From: a virus
Taxonomy: Duplodnaviria; Caudoviricetes
Direction: 5' to 3' (one strand)
Length of the DNA stretch: 61,529 bases
Virus record (IMG/VR): IMGVR_UViG_3300043775_000604
Span: 1-61,529 of that record
The number at the start of each line of letters is the position of its first letter. Position 1 is the first letter of the stretch. Positions 38,728 to 48,105 of the stretch are shown here, in pieces. The notes beneath the pieces were generated by a model. It saw only the letters and a program-made list of their open reading frames with translations. It ran no database searches and was not told the origin of the DNA. Both the position numbers and the translations under genes were made by a program.

Positions 38728-39549
38728 TTATAAAGTTGATTTTACAAAAGTTCCATTCTCCATTTTACCTTTTCTATTCTTAATTACATCATAAGCTGAT
38801 GTAACACAATCTTCAATTTTTAATCCTTCTAATGCAGCCAGATTAGTTAATACAACAACTGCATCACCAATAGCATCAATCAATTCAGCTCTATCATTTT
38901 TTAATATGGCTCTAGCAAGTTCTCCTGTTTCTTCTTGAAGTTTAATAAACTGAGTTTTAGCATCTCCAGATCTATATATACCTTTATTATCAGCCCATTG
39001 TCTAATTAGATCATATACATTTGGAACTTCTTTATTAACTTCTTCAGGGTAATTTTTATATTCCAATGTTGTTGATTTTTTACCTCTAGACATTTGAAAT
39101 TCGTTTAAAGCTTTATTGTACACATAAGATCTTGAAATATTGAACATTGATGTTTTAGCATTATCAATAATCCATCTGGCTAATTCTTCATCTACAATAT
39201 ATTTGCCAAATGATGTTTCAATTTTTAATCCTAAGTTGTCCATTAAATTACCTTTTAATTTGTTAACAGGACAAGGAAATGTTGTCGTCTGTTCAGTTAC
39301 ATTTAATACCATAGTGTTTTTCTTTTGTTTAGTTTTATTTATTATTAAATCTTTATATGAATCACGATCTACTTTATAGCCATGCCTTAACTGTAATTCA
39401 GCTTCTCTTTTGGAGACATAGTTTATATTATCACTGCATTCAAGCACCTCGTATTCTCCAGGCAAATAGCCTTGTTCTATTGTAACTCTCTTATTAAGAT
39501 TACGCGTTACGCCAATCTTTTTACCAAAAACATGATAGATAAAATACAT
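38728..39549 (-). CDS. MazG-like NTP pyrophosphohydrolase with GIY-YIG-like N-terminal domain
   Basis: C-terminal KLQEETGELA...DAIGDAVVVL; N-terminal YFIYH..KKIGVTRNLNKRV. Confidence 0.75.
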   Translation of the reverse strand: MYFIYHVFGKKIGVTRNLNKRVTIEQGYLPGEYEVLECSDNINYVSKREAELQLRHGYKVDRDSYKDLIINKTKQKKNTMVLNVTEQTTTFPCPVNKLKGNLMDNLGLKIETSFGKYIVDEELARWIIDNAKTSMFNISRSYVYNKALNEFQMSRGKKSTTLEYKNYPEEVNKEVPNVYDLIRQWADNKGIYRSGDAKTQFIKLQEETGELARAILKNDRAELIDAIGDAVVVLTNLAALEGLKIEDCVTSAYDVIKNRKGKMENGTFVKSTL

Positions 39550-39557
39550 AATTTAGA

Positions 39558-40343
39558 TTAAATGGCCACTTTTGCCGTAATTACTGGACCGTGTTTATAA
39601 TTTATTAAGGATAATGCTCCGTTTTCATAAATATAGTTGGGAGATTCAAAAGTCTCTTGCCCGAAATATTCACGTATAGCATCATGTTGGTTGTTATATA
39701 TGTGAGCATCCACAATCTGTATATCAATATAGTTTGCTTTGAGGTTTGTTTTTTCAGCCACATATAAAAGTATTTTAGAAAACAACGCAACATCATAAGG
39801 TATACCTAAGAATAGATCTCCAGATCTTTGTACTACAAACATATTAAGATAGTCTTTTTCAACAAAGAATTGGAAATACAAATAGCACGGAGGCAAGCGC
39901 ATTTGATCTAGCTGACAAGGATTCCACAAGCTTATAATATGTCTACGGCTATCTGGATTGGCTATTAATTGTTCAATAAGCGTTTGCATTTGATCAATAT
40001 TTTGATCGTTAAAATTGCGCATTTGATGTCCGTATACTGGCCCAAGATCTCCATTCTCATCTGCCCAAGCATCCCATATTTTTACGCCCGCATCTCTGAA
40101 TCTTTGTATATTAGTTTCGCCATTCATAAACCATTCGAACTCTGTATCAAATGTTTTTTGAAACATTTTTCTACCTGTTATTAATGGGAATTGTTTGTGA
40201 ATATTAATTCTTAAACTAGCATTGAATATAGACTTACAACCAACGCCAGTACGATCGTCTCTATCTACTCCTTGAGCAAGTGCTTTCCATAATAATGATT
40301 TGTATTGATCCTCGTATGTATGTGACTTAAAATAGTTGTTCAT
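39558..40343 (-). CDS. thyA: Thymidylate synthase family protein (Asp at the dUMP/dCMP specificity site)
   Basis: DRTGVG, IWDAWAD, LGPVYG, PDSRRHI, LPPC, QRSGDLFLGIPYD, DAHIY. Confidence 0.9.
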   Translation of the reverse strand: MNNYFKSHTYEDQYKSLLWKALAQGVDRDDRTGVGCKSIFNASLRINIHKQFPLITGRKMFQKTFDTEFEWFMNGETNIQRFRDAGVKIWDAWADENGDLGPVYGHQMRNFNDQNIDQMQTLIEQLIANPDSRRHIISLWNPCQLDQMRLPPCYLYFQFFVEKDYLNMFVVQRSGDLFLGIPYDVALFSKILLYVAEKTNLKANYIDIQIVDAHIYNNQHDAIREYFGQETFESPNYIYENGALSLINYKHGPVITAKVAI

Positions 40344-40677
40344 TTATTATTTGTTTTGGTTTTTGTTTAGCTGGTTCTTCTTTTATATATTTCTTTGGTT
40401 GAACTTCTTTTATAACTTTTACGCCACTGTGCTTATCATAGTAATACGTATAAAACTTATAAATTTCTTTCCATATTTCAATCTTCTCATAAGCTAATGG
40501 GCTTTGTGTAACTTTACCGTTTAAAGTAATACATATATACCATTCAGTCGTACTCTTAGCTTTAGGAGCAATAAATATATTATTATGTATGCACCAAGCG
40601 TAAGCCGCTTGCTCTCTGTCTTTGGCTACATAATTACCCATATCTATTGCTTTGCTTTTCTTAGATCCACTACCCAT
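40327..40677 (-). CDS. Hypothetical protein
   Basis: ORF in operon context; probable start MGSGSKK. Confidence 0.6.
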   Translation of the reverse strand: MGSGSKKSKAIDMGNYVAKDREQAAYAWCIHNNIFIAPKAKSTTEWYICITLNGKVTQSPLAYEKIEIWKEIYKFYTYYYDKHSGVKVIKEVQPKKYIKEEPAKQKPKQIINEQLF

Positions 40678-40873
40678 TATCAATTAATTTTAATCCATAA
40701 TGTTTGTCTTTTATTCTTATGGTAAAACATGAATACTCAGGAATTTTTATAAACATGGTATCTATTGAATTATGCCCTATGTCCTCATATTCTTCCCCGT
40801 ATATTAAAAATTTTGGATATGGAGGTGTTTCTATTAGTTCATATTCTTTACCTTTAAATATTAATTTATCCAT
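40670..40873 (-). CDS. Hypothetical protein
   Basis: 67 aa, overlaps next gene start. Confidence 0.55.
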   Translation of the reverse strand: MDKLIFKGKEYELIETPPYPKFLIYGEEYEDIGHNSIDTMFIKIPEYSCFTIRIKDKHYGLKLIDNG

Positions 40874-40990
40874 ATTTTTTAATTATCAATTTAGCAATTT
40901 TTTTGATAAGTAGTTCACATGATTCACATTTATCGCCTTCCTCGTCAACGCGAATAAATTGACAGCATCTACATTTTGGTTTTGATTTAT

Positions 40991-42718
40991 CTATTCCCAT
41001 GGCAACTTATCTCCTGAAGCATTGACTGGAACATGAGGAATAAAACATCCTGACTTTGGTTCCCAAACAAAATGACATTCAGCACCATTCTCACCAAGAT
41101 TTTGAAACTTAACCTTTAGTACTTTTACTTTTACAGTTTTCTCTTCGTAGTTTCTATGCACTAATAAACCGTGATAGGATGCATCATACCACTCGCCTCC
41201 GCCCTTAATATTATACATGGTTGGTTCTTCAATTTTACCATCGGAGCCTTTATACATTTTAGTTGGATGCGCAACAACCATTACTAGAACATCGTATTTC
41301 TTAGCAAAGATTTCAATCTTACTTAAGTATTCCAATGTATATACATTAACATCACCTGAAGCATCATTATCTCTAACTTTATTGAATGGATCTATAACTA
41401 AGCATTTAATACCTTTACGCTTTACTAGTTCGCCTGCTTTCTTTAACACAGCATCTAATGTATATCTTTCCATGTCAATGAAAAAGAAATTGTCGTTAAC
41501 ATGATTAGCAACTTGATTCCATCTCTCAGAATAAATATCTGCTTCTGTTGGCATACCTTCCCAAACTTTACGCATTAACTTATGAGCATGTAAATAAGTA
41601 GGTGTATTCTCAGGTGAAGCATAAGCTGTTTTCCAACCATAGTTTTTATTATAGCCTACAACCATTTGATCAACGAAATCAGACTTACCCGAACTAGGCA
41701 CACCAGTAACAGTAATAAACTGACCAGTATAAGTGCTGAATATATCATCGAAATTAGGTAATCCAATTTGGAAGCCAGGTTTGAAACCATTCCTAACAAA
41801 GTCCGTAATCTCATCTTCTATATCTTTAAATGTTGTAACGTTTTCTAATGGTACAGGTTTTGCTTTTCCAATTCTTTGCGCTAAAGCTTCTTTACCATAT
41901 TTCAATAAATACTCATTAGCATCTTTACAATCCTCAAACGTGGCTATATAACAAACTTCAGATCCTAATCTTCTAATCAATTCAGATTGTAATGCTTGAC
42001 CAGCTTCATCTGAATCTACCGCAATGATTATTCTATTCTTATCATCGAAGTAATCAATACAGTTATCTAAGTATTCAAGGTTGTTTGTATGTAGTGTTGC
42101 GCCATTAGGTACTGAAATAGCATTTGTTATTCCTGCTTCTGCAAGGGCTAATACATCCATCTCTCCTTCTACTAGTATGCAGTAATCCCAACCTACGATG
42201 CTGTTGATATTATAGAATACTTTTTCTGCTCCTTTGTAAAGCTTAAAGTTTTTACGGCCATCTCTGTATTTTATATTAACAAGATCATCGCCTATAAAGT
42301 AATTAAACTTTATTACGCTTTCTGTTTTAGCTGTTTGAGGCATGAACTCTGATCCGTCTGTAACTTTTAACTCTTCTAATGTGTTTCTTGATATGCCTCG
42401 TGTTGCAAACCATTCCACTACCTTATCAGATAAAGGATAAGTTAAACCTGAATCAAGAACAGTATCTCTCTCTGGTTTTACATATACTTTTTGCGTTTCG
42501 CCTTTTCTTTTATAAGTATGTAATTGAAATGACTTACTACAATTGTGGCAAGTACCAATTCCTCTTTCCCAATCATAAGAGGCACATTTTGCTTTCTTGT
42601 GTTCACCTTTTCTGTCAGCTGAACATAATGGACAAATACCTTGGGTTTTTTCTTCCAATCCATATTGATTAAAAGAATCTATTTGGAATCCATTTATTTC
42701 GGTTTTGTTTACTTGCAT
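40991..42718 (-). CDS. Primase-helicase (T7 gp4/Twinkle-like)
   Basis: CPLC...CHNC zinc finger, TOPRIM EGEMD and DSDEAG, Walker A GVPSSGKS, VIDP, VAHPTK. Confidence 0.92.
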   Translation of the reverse strand: MQVNKTEINGFQIDSFNQYGLEEKTQGICPLCSADRKGEHKKAKCASYDWERGIGTCHNCSKSFQLHTYKRKGETQKVYVKPERDTVLDSGLTYPLSDKVVEWFATRGISRNTLEELKVTDGSEFMPQTAKTESVIKFNYFIGDDLVNIKYRDGRKNFKLYKGAEKVFYNINSIVGWDYCILVEGEMDVLALAEAGITNAISVPNGATLHTNNLEYLDNCIDYFDDKNRIIIAVDSDEAGQALQSELIRRLGSEVCYIATFEDCKDANEYLLKYGKEALAQRIGKAKPVPLENVTTFKDIEDEITDFVRNGFKPGFQIGLPNFDDIFSTYTGQFITVTGVPSSGKSDFVDQMVVGYNKNYGWKTAYASPENTPTYLHAHKLMRKVWEGMPTEADIYSERWNQVANHVNDNFFFIDMERYTLDAVLKKAGELVKRKGIKCLVIDPFNKVRDNDASGDVNVYTLEYLSKIEIFAKKYDVLVMVVAHPTKMYKGSDGKIEEPTMYNIKGGGEWYDASYHGLLVHRNYEEKTVKVKVLKVKFQNLGENGAECHFVWEPKSGCFIPHVPVNASGDKLPWE

Positions 42719-42750
42719 TGTATATAATTAAATTGTTACTAATTGTAGAT

Positions 42751-42775
42751 AGAAAGACCCCAATTAATGGGGTCT
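42751..42775 (-). terminator. Hairpin/terminator between ssb and primase-helicase
   Basis: AGACCCCA / TGGGGTCT stem followed by T-rich bases on the minus strand. Confidence 0.6.
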
Positions 42776-42830
42776 AAACTACTAAAGCGTTCTATTAAAA
42801 TTGGAAGTTATTGCGCCTATACCTGATAAA

Positions 42831-43157
42831 CTAAAACGGTAAATCGTCCGCTTGTGGTGTGAATGAAGCTGCATTAGATTGGCTAGGTGCTGGTGCACTA
42901 CCATCTGTTCTTGGAGCGGCAGCAACATTAGTGCCGTTTGTCCATACAACTTTTACATTACCAAGGTAAACCTTAGCTGCTTTTGATTCTCTTTCTTCCT
43001 TTGATTGTTCTACCATGATTGGTCCTTGATTTCCAAATTGATCAAACTCATCATTAAGTGTAATTGTAATAGGAAGGTATTTTCCTTTCTTGCCATCGAT
43101 GATTTTGTGTTTAGGAATCTCGTTTAAATTGATGCTTGCTTTAATAATTGAAGCCAT
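42831..43157 (-). CDS. ssb: Single-stranded DNA-binding protein (Bacteroidota phage type)
   Basis: GKKGKYL...DQFGN...YLGN, acidic tail DDLPF. Confidence 0.75.
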   Translation of the reverse strand: MASIIKASINLNEIPKHKIIDGKKGKYLPITITLNDEFDQFGNQGPIMVEQSKEERESKAAKVYLGNVKVVWTNGTNVAAAPRTDGSAPAPSQSNAASFTPQADDLPF

Positions 43158-43186
43158 AGTTTTTTATTTGTTTTAGTTAATAATTC

Positions 43187-43927
43187 TTAAAGTGTTTCTG
43201 TTATACAATAATCTTTTAGACTGAAGTTCTCATCTTTAAAGAACAGTCTATACGTTTCAACCGCTTTCTCTACTTTGAATTTACCGGATTCTAAGAACTG
43301 AGGAGAGCAATCATATACGCCAATTTTCTTAGACGTTTTATCTATGGCTATAAATACCATGTCCATATTAAAATACTTAGAATAAATGTATGCTTGGCTA
43401 TCGTAGTTATATTCCTTAGCGGAGTATCTGAATTTATCTATATCAGATGTTGTTTTTAAATCTACTATTAAACCTTGTGTATTATTCTTAATATCTGCTT
43501 TTAATTTGAACCACTCATCTTCTAATTGTATTAGGCCTGGTACTTCATAGTCTACATCTATGTCTCTAATTAGATCACGTGTAATTGAATTTTCTAACAC
43601 AGCATCTCTTAATAACGCTATTGAGTCGGCTTCGTGTTGCAATAAACACATTTCACCATTTGACAGCTCTTTGTACTTAGTAGTATTACGTGTTGTCGTA
43701 TCAATGATTCTGATCTTGTCAAGCTTATCTGGTTCTAATATCAATGTATGGAAGTATGATCCTTTAATTAAATTAGGATTGCCAACTATTGGTTGCTTGA
43801 ATGTTAATGGATCTTTTAGCAATGCTCTTATGTCTGAATTAGATAAGAACTGTTTGCCAAATTCACCATAATAATCTTCATCATTCTCTAATCTTTTTAA
43901 TACACTTTTGATTTGTTCGTCTGTCAT
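43187..43927 (-). CDS. RecE/ExoVIII-like PD-(D/E)xK exonuclease
   Basis: LSNS, GSYFHTLILEP, KADI...VDLKTT, YDSQAYIY. Confidence 0.85.
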   Translation of the reverse strand: MTDEQIKSVLKRLENDEDYYGEFGKQFLSNSDIRALLKDPLTFKQPIVGNPNLIKGSYFHTLILEPDKLDKIRIIDTTTRNTTKYKELSNGEMCLLQHEADSIALLRDAVLENSITRDLIRDIDVDYEVPGLIQLEDEWFKLKADIKNNTQGLIVDLKTTSDIDKFRYSAKEYNYDSQAYIYSKYFNMDMVFIAIDKTSKKIGVYDCSPQFLESGKFKVEKAVETYRLFFKDENFSLKDYCITETL

Positions 43928-43931
43928 ATAG

Positions 43932-44504
43932 TTATAGTGTTAATTCTTTTAATGCAGCAGCCGTTAAATCATACTTTGTTTTTATTGCATCTAATGAACC
44001 TCCACTAGCAATGAATGCTTTTGCTTTTTCAAATGCTGCGTCACCAACATCAAGCTTACTTTTAGTTATTGTAGCTGATGCTTTACCGTGTGTATTAGTT
44101 GCATCGGCATCTTGTGTGTCATCAATCAAAAGTAGATTACCTAATGCATACTTCTTGCCATAAGAGGATGCTGATCCAAATGCTTGTGGTGTTTGCATAC
44201 CTTTCTGAACTAGGTCAACACCTACGACAGCTGTAGCTTCAATAGAATCTGTTCCGTTAACATCATAAATTGTAGCGCTTGATAACATAATAGGCAATGA
44301 TCCATTATATGTTACGTGTTCTTTAACTACAAAATAAACGCCATACTTTTCATTAAAAGGTTTTAATGCTTCTAATATGTCTTCTGCGGATCTAAAATTG
44401 TACTTACCAAATGAATTGTACTTACTTTTATTAGCCTTAAATTCTACTTGAATCTTGGATAACTTTTCGTGCAAAGACATTGTTTGTTCTTCTTTTTTTG
44501 CCAT
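43932..44504 (-). CDS. erf: ERF-family single-strand annealing protein
   Basis: NSFGKYNFRSAEDILEALKP, QAFGSASSYGKKYALGNLLLIDD..DAD. Confidence 0.9.
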   Translation of the reverse strand: MAKKEEQTMSLHEKLSKIQVEFKANKSKYNSFGKYNFRSAEDILEALKPFNEKYGVYFVVKEHVTYNGSLPIMLSSATIYDVNGTDSIEATAVVGVDLVQKGMQTPQAFGSASSYGKKYALGNLLLIDDTQDADATNTHGKASATITKSKLDVGDAAFEKAKAFIASGGSLDAIKTKYDLTAAALKELTL

Positions 44505-44535
44505 ATAATAAAGTTTAATTGTTTAATTTTTATAT

Positions 44536-44549
44536 TATTATAATTACGT
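44536..44549 (-). promoter_or_regulatory. Class-2 promoter-like motif ACGTAATTATAATA heading the recombination/replication operon
   Basis: Intergenic between sigma gene and erf. Confidence 0.4.
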
Positions 44550-44596
44550 ATTTTGTCCCATATTTAGTATATTTTTGGGACGGATTTTAATTTAAC

Positions 44597-45364
44597 TTAT
44601 AGGTAATCAAGGACTTGCGAGGAATCAACGTTCGCAACTAGTTTAGCTATCGCTTGCTTTTTTATCTCAGAAATTCTAACATAAGCACTTGCTCCTTCAA
44701 TACCTAAATAGTCTGCTATTGCATTTGCTGGATGCTTATCGCAGTCTAAACCGTAACTTAATCTCAATACATCGTTTTCTGTTTGTGTTAAATGTTTACT
44801 TAATAAATCTACTAAGTATTTATTCATTAAGTTTATATTGTAAGGCTCAGCTCTATCAGGGATCTGATACAACATATTGTCATCATCATCATCATCACTC
44901 ATTTGTTCATCGATGCTAAGGAATATTGAATTGAAGAACATTGATACCATTGCATGATCCTGACCATTATCCTTCCTAATTTCATTTAGTTTATGTTCTG
45001 GGATCTTAATAGCGCCTCTATTGATATCTATAGCTCTTCTAATCGAGCCTTTTATTCTTTTTGATAGAAACGACTTGATTGTTTTTTCTTGATCAACAGA
45101 CGAGCTTATTGTCTTCCATTCTATTTTATCAACAGCTAATATTAAACCAATTGATCCGTATTGAATAAGGTCTGTAATATCTAGTACACCGCAAGCTTGG
45201 GTTGTAGTTGAAAACTTTTTAGCTATGTTTTCTACTAATGGTAGAAACTTACTTATAAGTTGATCTCTAGAATAAGATTCAAAGTTAACTTCGTTGTTGT
45301 TTTTATTAACACGAGCTATATCTTCTTTGTATCTAATGTAATTTGGTATGTTGTAGCTTTTCAT
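44597..45364 (-). CDS. Phage RNA polymerase sigma-70 family factor
   Basis: Region 2 LPLVENIAKKF...DLIQYGSIGLILAVDK...KRIKGSIRRAI, IKIP, region 4 LTQTENDVLRLSYGL...IADYLG...RISEIKKQAIAKL. Confidence 0.9.
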   Translation of the reverse strand: MKSYNIPNYIRYKEDIARVNKNNNEVNFESYSRDQLISKFLPLVENIAKKFSTTTQACGVLDITDLIQYGSIGLILAVDKIEWKTISSSVDQEKTIKSFLSKRIKGSIRRAIDINRGAIKIPEHKLNEIRKDNGQDHAMVSMFFNSIFLSIDEQMSDDDDDDNMLYQIPDRAEPYNINLMNKYLVDLLSKHLTQTENDVLRLSYGLDCDKHPANAIADYLGIEGASAYVRISEIKKQAIAKLVANVDSSQVLDYL

Positions 45365-45366
45365 AA

Positions 45367-45567
45367 TTAATTTCTATTTTGTTTTAAGTTGTTTTTCCAT
45401 TCAATCCAGAAGCCAATTGCTACTAGAATATTCATTCCAAATGATGTTATTATTTCGTGTATATCTTGATAGACATTTAAAGTTAAATGTACATGGCCTA
45501 TAACCCAAAATGGTACAGATAAATTACTAGCTACCCAAGTTATAAAGAATATTATAAATTGTTTCAT
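45367..45567 (-). CDS. Small membrane protein
   Basis: 66 aa with two hydrophobic segments. Confidence 0.55.
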   Translation of the reverse strand: MKQFIIFFITWVASNLSVPFWVIGHVHLTLNVYQDIHEIITSFGMNILVAIGFWIEWKNNLKQNRN

Positions 45568-45785
45568 AAACCTTTTTCTATTTTAAATATCTCTAATAAT
45601 TCTTTTGACGTTTTGCCGATATATTTTTTATCCATTATTGAACTTATACTAATATACCAGTTTAAAAATTCAACAGCGTAATCGTCTGATATTCTCTCAA
45701 TAGCATTAGCAGTAGGTGTGTAAATTTTAGAGTAATCGCTAAGTTTACCACTATGTGCTTTTTGTATTTTATCTATTAATTTCAT
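45564..45785 (-). CDS. Hypothetical protein
   Basis: 73 aa, ATGA overlaps on both sides. Confidence 0.6.
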   Translation of the reverse strand: MKLIDKIQKAHSGKLSDYSKIYTPTANAIERISDDYAVEFLNWYISISSIMDKKYIGKTSKELLEIFKIEKGL

Positions 45786-46405
45786 AAACTATTATTTAGT
45801 ATTTCTTTTTCTTTTTTAAGTTCGTTACTCATATTCCGATGTATTGTTCTAATTGTGCAACCAAAATGCTCCGCAATCTTTTTAATGGTTATTTTTTGGT
45901 TTAGGTCATGCATGTATAGCATTACGTCGTAGATATCAGATTCAGTTACTTTTCTAGTTCTACCAATCATTTGCCCTACGATGCTCAACTTCTCGGTTAA
46001 TGTTAAACCACTGTTATCTTTGAATATAATCTTTCTGGTCTTATTATAAGGTGGTTCTTCAAGATCTTTTAAAGACACATCGTACATCATGCTTTGCAAT
46101 AATTGTTCACTAACTGTGAATGTTACAAATCCATTTTTCTTATCACATACATATCTTACGATGCCCTCAAATGCGTTTTGATCAAGACTGTCATTTAGAT
46201 ACCAAAGAACATACAAGTGCCATCTTAAGGACTTATATGTAGTTATCTTTGCACTACTACGAAATAACTCGTAACATTCTTTTGTGCCTTCTTTGTAATA
46301 ACTACCCCAACTAAATTCTTCTGTTGGTTTATCGCTTATTGGTCCTCTTCTATATATCACTCTTTTTTTATTTAAGTATTCTAAGTTTCTATCTGATGAT
46401 GACAT
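45782..46405 (-). CDS. HTH DNA-binding protein, possible replication initiator/origin-binding protein
   Basis: C-terminal ITIKKIAEHFGCTIRTIHRNM helix-turn-helix; palindromic element overlaps its start codon. Confidence 0.6.
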   Translation of the reverse strand: MSSSDRNLEYLNKKRVIYRRGPISDKPTEEFSWGSYYKEGTKECYELFRSSAKITTYKSLRWHLYVLWYLNDSLDQNAFEGIVRYVCDKKNGFVTFTVSEQLLQSMMYDVSLKDLEEPPYNKTRKIIFKDNSGLTLTEKLSIVGQMIGRTRKVTESDIYDVMLYMHDLNQKITIKKIAEHFGCTIRTIHRNMSNELKKEKEILNNSL

Positions 46406-46444
46406 TAGCCTGCTATTTTTAGTATATTAATTAGCTGACGTCAC
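46399..46444. promoter_or_regulatory. Palindromic operator-like element, copy A
   Basis: TGACATTAGC...GCTGACGTCAC; reverse complement aligns with copies at 55395 and 58465. Confidence 0.65.
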
Positions 46445-46454
46445 TATTTGTCAA

Positions 46455-46712
46455 CTACTCATTTTGTTTTAGTTTGTTATTCAACAATTCAATTGTTTTT
46501 TGTATTTCTCCTGCCATATAATATTCTTCTGCTTCAACATATTGTTTTAACAACATTTCAGATACCGCCAATTGTGTTGCAATATGTACAGAGTCAGGTA
46601 TTTCTATCTCTGTATATATATCTCTATTAAATTTTTCATCCCATTCATTTTGTTTTGCTAAAAGCTTTTGGAAAACTAATTCAGCTAATCTTTCAATTTG
46701 TTCGTCTGTCAT
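46455..46712 (-). CDS. Hypothetical protein with UVR-like coiled motif
   Basis: LLKQYVEAEEYYMAGEIQKTI. Confidence 0.55.
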   Translation of the reverse strand: MTDEQIERLAELVFQKLLAKQNEWDEKFNRDIYTEIEIPDSVHIATQLAVSEMLLKQYVEAEEYYMAGEIQKTIELLNNKLKQNE

Positions 46713-46714
46713 AA

Positions 46715-47020
46715 TTATTTTTTATTATAATATTCGTTAATTAATAAATCATATAAACTTCTTAAATCATAGGCTATTTCGTTTTTATCAGCATCCCAAG
46801 CTTTCATATCAGCACGTTTACCAAATTCTTTTTCATAAATAAACCATTCTATCCAGTCTTTACCTTCTTTAGTAAATACTAATCCTAATAAGTCTTCTAT
46901 TATACCATGCAAATGATCCATCACATCTGTTATATCAACCCCATGCCTATATAATAAATTAGTGTTATCATTAGACTTTTGTAATTTAGTCATGATATCT
47001 TCGAACTGTTCGTATGTCAT
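46715..47020 (-). CDS. Hypothetical protein
   Basis: 101 aa, DWIEWFIYE. Confidence 0.65.
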   Translation of the reverse strand: MTYEQFEDIMTKLQKSNDNTNLLYRHGVDITDVMDHLHGIIEDLLGLVFTKEGKDWIEWFIYEKEFGKRADMKAWDADKNEIAYDLRSLYDLLINEYYNKK

Positions 47021-47180
47021 AATTAATTTTTTATGGTGTAGTGATATTTATTTTTAGCTGATAAGTACATTTTACCATTAGTAGTTTGTACGTATGGTCT
47101 GTTGTTTGAATCTATTAATACATCATCTTGTACATCAATGTATTTAGATCTGATCTCTTCTAATTGTTCTTGTGTTGGTT

Positions 47181-47711
47181 TCATAGTTTATTTTTTTTGA
47201 TTATACTTTTTAATGTTGAACTGTAACTTGATCCTTCAGCGTATGTTTGATCTAAGTAAGAAAAGTATTCTTCTCTTGATAGTTTAGACATATACCTTGC
47301 ATCGTATAAAGCTCTGTCTGTTACGCAATATTTCCAGTTATCATAATAAGCATGGTTTAAATTAGTACCATTCGCCGTTGTTATTCTAATCATAGCTTCA
47401 CGCATACCAAACATATTATTGTTTTGAATAAACACAGGAGCTTTAAAATGGCCACTCTCTAGTATTGCCTGGGCTTTAATTATATCCGGATATTTAAAAG
47501 AATATTTATCTATCTCAATGAATAACTTCTCTTTAGAAAAGCTATTGTCATGCTTTATTGTTATTTCTTTTTCTGCACGGATTATAACAACTTCTTTTAA
47601 AATAACTGATACAATGCTGATTATTACCACTAATAAAAGTAATAATACTATAAAGTATTTAGTTAAATTTATTTTTTCGTAGGCTAGTTTTTCTGAATTA
47701 AATCTATACAT
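47181..47711 (-). CDS. Membrane-anchored glucosaminidase/muramidase (GH73-like)
   Basis: N-terminal TM helix; AQAILESG, NNMFGM, YAEGSSY. Confidence 0.75.
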   Translation of the reverse strand: MYRFNSEKLAYEKINLTKYFIVLLLLLVVIISIVSVILKEVVIIRAEKEITIKHDNSFSKEKLFIEIDKYSFKYPDIIKAQAILESGHFKAPVFIQNNNMFGMREAMIRITTANGTNLNHAYYDNWKYCVTDRALYDARYMSKLSREEYFSYLDQTYAEGSSYSSTLKSIIKKNKL

Positions 47712-47713
47712 AG

Positions 47714-47923
47714 TTAATAATGATTTTTTTGTTTTGATTCGAAATATTCCAGATCTTTTAATTCATCAGCACGCTCTATAATAAATTCACGAATACTTGA
47801 TTGACTAAATGTAGCTTGCACAAGTAAACCTTCAAATGCTTCAAAATATTCCTCTAAAGGGACATCATCATTTTCTGTTTCAAATGTCATTGTTTTTCCG
47901 TATGAGTTAAGTTGTAATTTCAT
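47714..47923 (-). CDS. Hypothetical protein
   Basis: 69 aa in packed operon. Confidence 0.6.
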   Translation of the reverse strand: MKLQLNSYGKTMTFETENDDVPLEEYFEAFEGLLVQATFSQSSIREFIIERADELKDLEYFESKQKNHY

Positions 47924-48105
47924 AATTTATCATCTATGTGGTTTAATTCTTTCCTAAGTAGATCCATGTAGAAGTCACTAAGATCCCAGTCATCAATTAA
48001 GACAACTTTAATTCTTTTTAACTTGTCAGCTAATAGTGTGCTATCTGAAGATTCCAGTATATATATAATAGAATCTAGTTCCTCAATTATCTGTGGCTTG
48101 TTCAT
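47920..48105 (-). CDS. Hypothetical protein
   Basis: 61 aa in packed operon. Confidence 0.55.
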   Translation of the reverse strand: MNKPQIIEELDSIIYILESSDSTLLADKLKRIKVVLIDDWDLSDFYMDLLRKELNHIDDKL

